The notes under the pieces: model-generated
What the model was told of the DNA's origin: nothing
Databases searched by the model: none
What the model saw: only the letters and a program-made list of their open reading frames with translations
Shown here: positions 11,061 to 21,099 of the stretch, piece after piece
Position numbering within the stretch: the stretch's first letter is position 1
Layout: the number at the start of each line of letters is the position of its first letter
Assembly (NCBI GenBank): GCA_010909165.1
Contig: VJWM01000378.1
Span: 1-26,482 of the forward strand
Direction: 5' to 3'
DNA: 26,482 nt
Source of the DNA: Anthoceros angustus
Taxonomy: Eukaryota; Plantae; Anthocerotophyta
Made by a program: the position numbers and the translations under genes

Positions 11061-11879
11061 AAGCATACCCCGTCGCCTCCTGCTAGCTCGCCCACCAGCA
11101 GCCCCAGACGGCGTTGATCCATCCACAAATCCATTTCCTCCCTGCTTTGCCCATGCTACACATTTCTTAGCCTGCAGCTCGTTTGCATGCTCCTCCTCCG
11201 ACAACGTTCTGATTTCTTCCATTCCTGCTGGTCTAGCCTCGTGTCTAGGTCCAGCTCGTGCTCCCATGGCGACCTCCTCGCCTTGTTGCACCCCCATGGT
11301 TGCCTCAGGAGTGATTTCCCATGAATCTATCATTTCCTTCCCCTGCAGTTTTTCTTCAAGCTTGCCAGGGGATGAAGCTCCTTCCTCGCCCTCTGGCGCA
11401 CCCACCTCCCTAGGGTCGCCTCCTCCTCGTGGCCTCATGTCGCCTGGCTTTTGGCCACGCCAAGTGTGGGCGCCCTTCCTGATGCTCAAAAACGGTGCTC
11501 TCATGTCCGTTTTGTCTTCCACACGCTAGCGGCCTCATGGAACGAAAGTTTGGTGACCATTGCCAAAGGACGAACAAGTTTGATTCTTTTGGCTAAGAAC
11601 GATTGAAGAGGAGCATGCGGAAAATTTACGAGAATCTTGAAGTCGAGTTGTAAAATATTGTTAGAAAGGCGAAGGATATCGGAAGAAAAGCAGGACAAAC
11701 GACCCCCCGAGGCGAGAAGTCAAGGATGGTAGGGTCGGACTACTGAGTGGTCGCCACCTCTGGACAAATAATCTTCAATCAATCAATAATGTTAATGAAA
11801 TGCATGAGCGAGGGCTAAACACCACAAATTCATCCCCATGAAAGAAAAGCCGTTGACTTGCAGCGCTCAAAAGCGGTAA

Positions 11880-12925
11880 CTTCTCCTTCTTAATCTTCCA
11901 TTGCAATGGTGTAAGATCGCATTGATATAAGCGGAGTCGTCCGTAACATAGACCTAGCCTTCATAACCCCTCAGCCAGGCTGACGGCTTCCTTCTCTTCT
12001 AACTTCGGCGATGGCGATGGCGGCGGCGGCAGCATGATGGTAGCCTCCCTTCCTTCTCCGTGTCCTTCTTCTTACGCTCCGATCATGCGAAGTGAAGGAG
12101 GAGCCGCCAAAGCGCACTTTGCCTCCTTGGATGTATACGCCACCTAGAGGCCCCTCAACCCTAGATTTGGTTTTCCATCCTAAAATTCCTAATCACACTA
12201 AATTCCTGTCCTATTATTGGCTAACTAAGTCATCTAATTAATCCTATTTATCTATTCCCCTATTGGTGAGCATATATAGTGGATATCCCCCATCCTAATT
12301 TTCTTTCTAGATTTTGTCACATTCTCATGATGTTGATAGCCCTCCGTGGTAGCCTTGCTCTTCCTCTCGGCCTACCGTAGTGCTTGGCAACCTCGTGATG
12401 TAGTCCTGACCTCCTTGTGGACGCCTTGTCTACTTTGGGGTCGTTTTGACCCATTTCTTTTCCCCGAGATATCCCCTCTGCCTTCCTAACAGTATCCTAC
12501 AACTCCAGCTCCAAAGGATTCAAAAAATTCTTGGCATGATCCCTTCCAATCGATTTCGGCAAAAAAAGATCAAGTTCGTTCTTCCTCCGGCTCTTTTGGG
12601 CTGGTTGCCCAAACTTTTGCATTCCACATACTCCTCACCTGTTTTGGGCCCCCAAAACAGCAAGTATCTCAATGGTGAAGGTGCTTCTTAACCTTCCACC
12701 CATTCACCTGGCCGTGCAGAAATCTCATCCAACACTCGTGGTTGCAGGATCCATTCTCGTGACCGCCACCACTCATAGGGTCCCATCCATCTCATTAAGC
12801 TTCCCAGGAAGTCCAGTCTGCACCGACCATCGTATAGAAGAACCAAATCCCCGGCCACGATAACCTCCTGCTTCCTCATCCTTCCATCATGCCTATCTTT
12901 CCTAAGCTCCCAAATTCGCTGGGTT
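11880..12925 (-). mobile_element. Third Ty3 fragment: integrase C-terminus, post-integrase module and start of downstream ORF region
   Basis: RKQEVIVAGDLVLLYD...RWMGPYE at 12690-12880; DNA homology to 9050-10050. Confidence 0.85.
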
Positions 12926-14560
12926 TGTGGCGATGCCCAAGGAACTCTCGGCTTGAGGGTAGACTACAGGGAAAGACTCCACAGGTTCATTGCCGGTCAA
13001 ACTCATAGCCGCCCAAGGAAGAACTTGCTGGCTTGTAGGCGGACCCCAGGTAGTTGTGCCGTAAGGGTGAGCCGAGGCCAGTGAGCCTGAATTGAGGTTA
13101 GAATAGGAGGAGGACGAGGAGATGAGTTGAGCATTGAGGAGGATGATGAGTGGATGATGGGTAGCGGATTAGAGTGTAGGTAATAGTGGAAGGCCACAAG
13201 CAGAGCCTAAGGGACGAATCCCAAATCTGCAAGTAATAGGGCGCTCCCTGAGTAGAGAAGATTGGTCTTAGAAGTAGGGACGAAGTTGCGGTGTGGGTCA
13301 GGGGGTCCCTGGGCGCCCGCGATAGACTCCTTGCTGCTAAGGCATGACCTGCAATTGTGTAGTGTCGTTGTAGGTCGAGAAGCGTTTTCGTGAAAAGGTG
13401 TGCGGCCTCAGAGGGGAACTTTAGAGCGCCTTTGTTTGTAGAGGTAGTGTGTTGCTACAAATAGCGATTGGTTCTCCAGAATCCGATTGTTCACACAAGT
13501 CTCATGGGATGAAACCCAATGTACGAAGCGATAGTGGGATAAGTGTGGCCGCTAGAGGGGGAATCTCGGAAGCCCCGGGCTTCTCCTCCCACAATAGCCC
13601 AATATTAGAAGCTTCCTTGCCTATCTGAGAATTTCTTGCGCTTCTCTTTAGGTATGAAGGCATAGACAAGACAACCAAACATCTTCAAGTGGAGAAGAGA
13701 TGGCTTCCTGCCAGTGAAGACCTATAGGGTGTCATCCCGACAACATCACTGGTTGGCAGTCTGTTCCGTAAGTATGTAGAGGTCATAAGAGCTTTTGCCC
13801 AATAGGGCAATGGTAGCTGAGCTTGATGGAGAAGAGAGGAAGTCATCTCTTGCAAGATCAAATTTAGGCGCTACCAACACCATTCTGTTGAGGTGTATAG
13901 ACAAGCGTAAGTTGTCTGCCTATCCTTCATCACAATATGTGGGGAATTCTCCTTGTGAATTCCCTCCATTGTCGAATCGAAGAGTCTTCTTCTTTCAGTC
14001 ATCTGATGTTTCATATATTCCTTAAAAGCAGAGAAGCATTCACTCTTGTTCTTCAAGATGTAAGAGGTAACAAAAACGGTCTTATCATCCGTGAAGGTTA
14101 AAATACTTCCGCCACCTATGGACTCTTGAAAAAGAGGTCCACATAGGTCTGTGTGAACTAAATTAAGCACTTCAGAGGCTCTATGGGGAGCCTGATTGTG
14201 AAAAGTTGCTTGATGCCTCTTAGACAAGACGCATGATTTACACAAGGGTAAGGTAGTCAAGCGACCAATAGGTCTATCTTCATAGAGGTCACTAGTAGCT
14301 AGTTTCTGCAACTTAGCACTGTGGGGGTGACCTAGTCTAACATGCCACAATTGAGTTTTTGTTATTTGTTGTGCAGAGGCTTGGGAGACATCCTTGGCAA
14401 GGTGTGACCCTACTGCTCCACTCTGAGTATGGAGGCGAAACATGTCGTGATCTGATGACCCATAGGCAAGTATCTTCCTATGATCAAAAGAGTCTATACC
14501 GGCATTACATGTAAAACAGGACATGTGTATGATTATCTGCATTCAACATTCTAACTGAAA
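12926..14560 (-). mobile_element. Ty1/copia pol fragment: GAG-pre-integrase, integrase core and linker; ends before RT
   Basis: LWHVRLGHP, CKSCVLSK, VHTDLCGP, LTFTDD, LKNKSECFSAFKEY, then frameshifted QNGV-like, TGRKPS and MFGCLVYAFIPKEKRKK-like motifs; Ser/Pro-rich linker 12930-13400. Confidence 0.9.
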
Positions 14561-15800
14561 GCCCTCGTAGTTTTCTCACAACGCACGCTGCACCTCAAAC
14601 AATCAACAAAAACGTGGACAAATGTTATCACAACTATAATCACAATGTTGCAACTGTAAACATGGATGTACATGATTTGCAGGAGCAGCTTGCGCATTTG
14701 GACTTCAAATTGCTTACATTGGTTAAATCTGAATTGCAAAAAGATCCTGCATTTAGAGGAATAGCACATAAAGGCACTAACAAAAGCAATGGTAACAACA
14801 AATTTGATACTCCTAATTTGCGCCCTTCCTGCTCAACCTATGCGTATAACAGATGGGAGATGAGACAGACTAGGATTTTTGAGCAGCAGATTGCTGCAGC
14901 TCGCACTCAGGAGCCAAATAACTTCCATGTGCTTTAAGCCTGTTGCATGGCAGCAGCATTCCTTGGTGACCTCTTTGACATTAACCAAGATAAGTCTGAA
15001 ACATCTTCAGAAGGCACACGTAAGCTTGCATACACAATGGCAGATACGTCAAGCATTGCTGGAGATGGTTTCAAAGAAAAAGATAGGTTTGGAGGGACCG
15101 ACTATGATATTTGGGTCATCAGAATGACAGGAGCACTTCAAAACTGCAGACTTTGGAAAGTCATAACTAGTGACAAGGAAAGACCTGCAGAAAGTGTTGG
15201 ATCGGATGCAGTTGAAGTATGGACAATCAAGAATGACGCAACCATGTACCATATGTAGTGGCCTAACATCTGACATGTTGAGGCAGATTGGTGGGGCTCA
15301 GTCAACTGCAGAGATCTGGCAAAGATTGAAGGACCTGTATTCAGGACTCAATATCATGAGTGTAATGGTAGCATTGAGGAATTTCTAGAACTACAAGATG
15401 AGGGATGGAGACTCAATAGAAAAACACATTGGTGTGTTTAGAACCTTAGCTTCTAAGGTTCAAGGAACTTTTGGGGAGATACTGAATGATGGAAGCTATG
15501 TGTCCGGCTTCTCATTTTGTTGCCCGAATCATGGTCACACTTTGTGACCTCCTACATTGCTTCACAAACACAAGCGGGCGTTGGCGATGCAAAAGGACAT
15601 TGCTAGCAATAAGCTTTTCTGAGCTAGTGGGAGCATTGCTTCAGGAGGAAGCAAGCAGAGGTTCTTATAGGCGTGCAGGTAAACAACAAGCCCTTTACAC
15701 GTCTAACCGAGGAAGAGGTGCAAGACCAAACTTCCGAGGTTCCGCTAGTACTTCCAAAGGAGGAGGCTCGCAAGGAGCTCCTTTCAACAAGAAAAATTAA
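14533..15800 (+). pseudogene. Ty1/copia gag with long N-terminal extension, truncated before the zinc knuckle
   Basis: DRFGGTDYDIWVIRMTGALQNCRLWKVI, IGGAQSTAEIWQRLKDLY, YKMRDGDSIEKHI, ISFSELVGALLQEE and a Gly/Arg-rich tail; stops and frameshifts present. Confidence 0.85.
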
Positions 15801-16126
15801 GAGAATGATTCTGGAAAAAGGTTTGGCAGTGACATGGAGGAAGAGAAGGAAGACGAGCGGGAGGGAGAGTGATTCCGGAAAAAAGGTTTGGGTTTTTTGG
15901 CAGCGACACGGAGGAAGAGGAATCGGAGGAAGAGGAATCGGAGGGAGAGAATGATTTCAGAAAAAGCTTTGGGTTTTTCGGTAGCACCATGGAGGAGGAG
16001 AAAAATGACTCAAAGGAAGAGGAGGAAGGCAATTCCAAGAAAAGGTTTGGGCTTTTCAATAGCGATGCAAAGGAGGAGGAGGAAGACGGCTCGGAGGAAG
16101 AGGAGGAAGGCAATGTGATGGCATGA
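15801..16126. repeat. Four imperfect tandem units of ~65-100 bp; plus-strand reading K(R/S)FG(F/L)F(G/N)S plus poly-Glu
   Basis: Units begin near 15801, 15864, 15946 and 16027 and share GATT..GAAAA(A)GGTTTGGG...AGC..GGAGGAAGAG. Confidence 0.85.
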
Positions 16127-16130
16127 CCCC

Positions 16131-16179
16131 CTTCCCCTCTTCCCCTCTTCCCCTCTTCCCCTCTTCCCCTCTTCCCCCT
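16131..16179. repeat. (CTTCCCCT)6 polypyrimidine/polypurine tract
   Basis: Five perfect 8-bp units and one with an extra C, read directly. Confidence 0.95.
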
Positions 16180-16631
16180 CAATTCCCTGAGTCTCCCTCC
16201 TCCCCCCGTCTTTTCGACTTTTCCTTTTTCCTCCCTCCATCGGTTTCCGTCTCCACGACGACAATGTCGGGTTGGACCGGGAATGTTTGAGGTTAGGGAT
16301 AGCAAAGAGAAGGTGCGCCTTGGTTACCTACACGAAAGATACCAAGGGAAATCAAGCAGGCTACATTTTGCAATTTGTGGATTCGGGGTATATTCGGTTG
16401 TCCGGTAAACGAGGGAAAACGTACGAGGCGAGAAAATGTTGTTTCTCATATTCACGTTTGCGAACGATTCAGCTGACTTCGAACGGATGGTCAGCTTCTA
16501 GTTGAAGTTGGAGCTGGAGCCGGAGCCTGGGCCGGTGGTTTCCCCCTTTCCTTCCTCCTTCCTATTATAGGCTTCCTTCGCAAGTCCGCCACCGCCCGTC
16601 GTACGAGCTTGGCTGATCAGTGCCACATTCT

Positions 16632-16681
16632 GGTCAAGCCGGTCAAGACTCGGGACGCGCAAGTGCTCACACATGTTGACC
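16632..16681. promoter_or_regulatory. Cluster of three W-box cores (TTGACC) upstream of the U-box gene
   Basis: GGTCAA at 16632 and 16641, TTGACC at 16676; a CGCG box at 16655-16660. Function not shown. Confidence 0.35.
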
Positions 16682-17221
16682 GCACGGGCTTGCGTTTCTA
16701 ACAGTTCCATGGATCGGATCCGGATGGAGCAGGACAGCATGGCAGGCTGATATCTGTATTCTGCCTGAAGCTGGGGGCGATGACGTGATGCAGGTCGGCT
16801 CCTCGCGATTGGGCGCTCGAGTTGGATGTCACTCTTCTGTCTGCTCCGAGTTCTGCAGCTCCTGGTCGGCTCAAAATGCACCGCAGCACGAGGAGACGTC
16901 TTGCTGGAGGCCGGCCTCGGGTCACGGGAGTGGTTCTTTGTGTCGCAATTTTAGGTCGATAGAAGATCCTGTCGTAGAAGAGGGGGAGGCGTTCTTAGCG
17001 ATTTGCTCTGCGCCCGGTTCATGGAATGCAGCGTGACTCCCGTGGTTGGAGAATTGGTTGCACCGTAGGGTCGCTGGAAGGGTTGCGATTGACTCACAGC
17101 TGGTGAAATGCTCTTCATGTCCTTTCATGAGATAGCATCAGGTTACTCATCTGTGCTCCTTGTTGAGGAAGATGGCAAGGTATGACTTTCGGAGCCCTGA
17201 GCTCCTCGGTTAGTGGTGAGC

Positions 17222-20200
17222 ATGCCTGACGCATGCTCGAGTGGGGCACCAGCTCGCCCAGCGGACATGAAGATCGACATGGGGACCACACTGGAGTGTG
17301 CGGATAAGGTGGCTGCCATTTTGGCCTCCATTGATGAGACGAAGAAGATTGTGAACAGCGTGGTAATCAATAAAACCAACTTCTTGGTGATGGCGATTCA
17401 CCTGGCGGAGTTGAAGCCCTTGCTGGAACACCTGACTCAGCCGGAGCTTTTCGAGTCATTGGACATGAAGCTGGCTCTGTTTAAGCTTGCGATTTTGGCA
17501 GACAAGGTTTACATGGTTACCAAGCAGAGCATCGCGCATAGTCGCATCTATCTGGTACACCAGAGTAGTGCGCTTCTTTTAAAGATCAAAGCGCTGACCA
17601 AGGATATGATGGACAGCTTAGACCTCTTTCCTTTGTCTCTTTTTGCCCCTTTGGAGGCACATGTGAAGAACCTGAGGCGTAAGTTAGAGTCGGCGGCCTT
17701 CTTTTTGGATCCTGGTCTGGAGCAGTTGGCTATAGCTATTAAAGTTGGTCTGGATCGATGCCAGACCGATGAGCCATATGCCACTAGCTTGCTTCGATCT
17801 ATTGCTGAGTTCCTCCAGGTGCCCCTGTCGGCAGCAGCTGAGCTCAAGGTAGAGCTGGAGGATGACCTAGCTACAGCTGAACGGGAGAATCTGGAATCGG
17901 ATATACAGGTGTTGACAGAGTTGTGTCAGCTTCTCAGACCTGCAGCTGTTCTCGCCGACGTACGTAGATTAGCATCTCAAAGATTTTTCCCACTCAGTCC
18001 AGATCGCAGCGTTCCCATCCCAAGTTCTTTTATTTGTCCAATTACTAGGCAAGTTATGCTAGAGCCCGTGATGATCTTGGAGGCAGGTTATACGTATGAA
18101 AAATCCGCCATCCTGGAGTGGTTCCACAGAGGGAATCGCACATGTCCAGACACTGGGAAAGAACTGGATTCCTTGGAGCTAGTGCCCAACCTAAATCTTC
18201 GGCAGGCCATGGAAGAGTTTTTTGATCGGAGGGGTCACGAGACTCTTATTTTAGCTCTTGAGAAGATTCAAAAAGATAGCCCTGCAGAGCACGAAGAAGC
18301 AGTGCATATTATAAAGTCTCTGATTGATGCTGACTCAAAGTACAAGCGGCGAATCGTTTCCATGGATGGACTGAAGCCACTGGTGACTGTCCTAAGGCGG
18401 GCAGCTCCAGTATTGAAGGAGAAGATCCTCAGAATTTTGTGTGGTATTGTTGCTGTGGGAGAAGAGCAAAAGGTAGCTCTCGTTCGTTGCATTTTGTTCC
18501 AGAGTTAGTTTGTGTGATGTCTGGGACTATATTGAAAGGTCTCATGTGGTCTTGTCCATATTGCCATGAAGGTTGTCCTCAAGGAAGCAGGTGCAGTGCC
18601 TGTGTTACTCCGGATCATCAACAGAAATCCAGGTGATCATGGAGGTGCCGTGCAGCTTCTGTGGGAATTGTCCAGGTGTGAGGCAGGAAAAGCGGCCATT
18701 CTTGCTGAGCCTTTATCAGTTGTCACAATTGCGAGCGCTCTTAATCATTGCACTGGGGACCAGAAGAGGCTACTGAATGATCTCTGTCAAGGCAATACCA
18801 GGGTGGTTATTCAAGTGGCTAGTGCGGGAGTGTTTGGGCCACTTGTGGCCATGCTACGGCCTGGTAAGATTGGTCTCAGTTGCGTATAGATCTATTCTCC
18901 TGCTCCACTGCAAGTATGCAGGTTTATGTCCAGTGTATGAGGTCGTGCTGAAAGCTTCCGTTCATTGTTGCCAGGGAATGACATGGCTGTCAGATCAGAA
19001 ATGGCAACTGCAATTTGTGACTTTGGACTTAATGAGCACAGCACCGCTGCTCTTGGACAAGCTGGTGCAGTTCCACCTCTGTTGCATCTCCTCCAGCATG
19101 GCTATTTGGATGGGAAGATAGCCGCAGCAGATGCGTTGCTCCACCTTTCTAGTTGTGACAGCAACAGAGCAGCCATCGCCAGTGCAGGTGGTGTGGCAAT
19201 CCTGGTAAGTTACCTGGATTCAAGTAGTGAGGAGTTAACTCAGTCAGTGGTTGGCACCCTAGCAAATTTGGCTGCGCATCGTGACTGTGTAGATCAAATG
19301 GAACCAGAAAGTGCTACTGCGAGGTTGGTAGATATAGTGACTTCAGGGGGGGAAAATGTTAAAGAAAATGCCATAAGGACATTGCAATGCATGGCCAAGG
19401 TCAGCAGATCCGTTAGACTTGCATTGAAAGGCCACAGTGAGGTGCTTAGGATCTTTGCGCTGCTACAAGATGAGGACCTGTCATCGAGTGGTAGATCAAG
19501 CATCATTCGTCTTATCTGCCACCTTGCTGGAGATCGTCAATCTCGTTCGTCTGTTATTTTGAGCAGGGAACTGTTGAGGCTATTCATCAGGCTTCTGGAA
19601 CAGCCTACTTCCCCAGAGGAGAAGGAGGCTATTGTGGGAATTTTAGCTAGTTTATCAAAGGTCGAGGCTATGCGAAATCTTCTCCTGCAGGAACAGTCTA
19701 TGCTCCATGGGATGGTGAAGTGTTTAGACAAGTCTTGCAGCACAAAGGTGAAAGAGAGTGCTGCAGTTTGCCTTGCGAAATTGATAGCCCTCACGAATCT
19801 GCAAATAAAACTGGCATTAGCTAGGCAGGGTATGGTTGCTTTGTTGATGGATCTGATCTGCAGTGGCTCTCAGCGCTCTAAACGACATGCGGCTCTAGTG
19901 TTGGGGATTCTTTCAAGATGCACTCCAGAATTAACAGAACGCCAGACACTCGTTAAGAAGTCACTAGCAGCCTTGGGCATGAAGAAGTACAGAGCTTGCA
20001 AAGTACATGCTGGGAAATGCAGTGCAAAAGGTACGCTGTGTCTTATTGAGTCAGGAGCAGTGCCGCTCCTGATCCATCTTGTCAAGGAAGGAGTAGAGAG
20101 TTCTGAGGCTGCCATGGAAGCTCTATACACTCTCCTGGGAAACGATGAGGATACTGAAAGGGCCGTTGATTTCCTTGTGAAGCATGAGATCATACCTTCC

Positions 20201-20422
20201 ATCTCGAATCTGGTTGGAAGAACATCAACATCCACAGAACAAGCCGTTGCCGTACTGGAAAAGATCTTCAGATTGAGGAGGTATCGGGATGAAAGGTATT
20301 CTGCACCAGCCAAATCTGGCCTGTTGGTTACCATGACGAGTGGGTCAAGTGAAGCTCGTAAACTTGCCGCAACAGCCCTGATGCATCTAGGTTTTATGCC
20401 CAAGAATTCGACGTATACTTAG
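17222..20422 (+). CDS. PUB44-like: U-box/ARM-repeat E3 ubiquitin ligase, SAUL1 (PUB43/44)-type with N-terminal helical domain; exons 17222-18472, 18572-18863, 18975-20422 (996 aa; start codon uncertain)
   Basis: U-box FICPITRQVMLEPV...YEKSAILEWF...TCPDTGKEL...LVPNLNLRQAMEEF, followed by ARM repeats and the SAUL1-type C-terminal CKVHAGKCSAKGTLCLIESGAVPLL motif. GT-AG introns join the three ORF pieces in frame (2991 nt). Confidence 0.92.
18473..18571 (+). other. Intron (99 nt, phase 0)
   Basis: AAG|GTAGCT...CATGAAG|GTT joins EEQK to VVLKEAGAV and removes the stop at 18506-18508. Confidence 0.85.
18864..18974 (+). other. Intron (111 nt, phase 1)
   Basis: CCTG|GTAAGA...TTGCCAG|GGAAT restores the frame (LRPG-NDMAVR). 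Confidence 0.9.
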
Positions 20423-20699
20423 TGACCACGTGGGTCAGATGGCCAGTCAGATTTTCGTGAGGAAAATCTTGTATTCTATTTGAAGTAGATAGAAATCCGT
20501 CTTAAAGACGATGGGTATTGGTTGTTGAACGGGGAGCTGGGAGATCTCTTTGTAACCTGATTGAGGTTGCTGTCCGTCTGTACTCTGTGTAATTGCATCA
20601 TTTGCATTATAAGCTAGCACCAAGGAAGTCACCTTGGGACCCTAGTGGAATCTTGAGTACGTAAGTAGATTTCTCCGTTCAGGGTGGTGTAAATCGAAG

Positions 20700-21065
20700 C
20701 CTAGAATCAAGGCGCTGGGAAGCATCACCACGCGCCCGCCTCAGGCTCAGACCACCGCTATGGCGAGGAACCGTTTTGTAGCCATGCGCATGTGGAGGTT
20801 ATCTTCTATTGCGGGAATAGCCCTCGCCGCCTGGCTTCAAGGAATCAAGTGTTGGCAACCTATGAAACCGCGAGGCAGTTGTTGTGTACATGCTTCAGGG
20901 CGCATGTGGAAGAGGCAATCCAATAAGTCGACTCAGACTTTGCCTACTACCACGCCGAACTCCTCAAAGCTTTGGAGGTCCCTGCACAACCACTACAATT
21001 GACCTGGACCCCGGGAGGAGGAGGAGGAGGAGGAAGAAGGGCCCGGGATAACACCGGGGCCTTTA
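20700..21065 (+). pseudogene. Diverged C-terminal fragment of a class B extra ORF
   Basis: GCATGTGGAAGAGGCAATCC...GACTCAGACTTTGCCTACTACCACG (20903-20953) aligns with the reverse complement of ~1360-1415 and with 24382-24396. Confidence 0.6.
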
Positions 21066-21099
21066 GTGGCGCTTGTTCGGGACGATGGCAAAGAAGGGG

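Larger units (their letters stand above)
7786..11530 (-). mobile_element. Athila/Tat-like (non-chromovirus) Ty3 element fragment: integrase, post-integrase module and extra ORF class X
   Basis: Integrase motifs described below with no chromodomain after GPY; followed by an AT-rich spacer (9240-9400) and frameshifted ORF pieces (9240->7786). Confidence 0.85.

Noticed and set aside
11530-11880. RNase H or other pol domain upstream of the Ty3 integrase
   Set aside because: No RNase H motifs could be recognised in any frame; left unassigned.
15798-15806. Programmed readthrough of the gag TAA into the acidic repeat
   Set aside because: Context TAA-GAGAAT lacks the CARYYA readthrough signal and gag lacks its zinc knuckle here, so a rearrangement junction is more likely.
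16338-16344. PBS-like TGGTATC (minus) as the start of the element owning the inverted gag
   Set aside because: Only 7 nt match and no LTR-terminal CA precedes it.
16498-17128. Divergent minus-strand gene (ORFs 16498-16881 and 16922-17128)
   Set aside because: No recognisable domain, no convincing splice path joining them, and the region fits the promoter/5' UTR of the U-box gene; not excluded without RNA data.
19870-20403. 177-aa antisense ORF within the U-box gene (also 17548-17847 and 19537-19794)
   Set aside because: Typical antisense shadow of a coding exon; no independent features.
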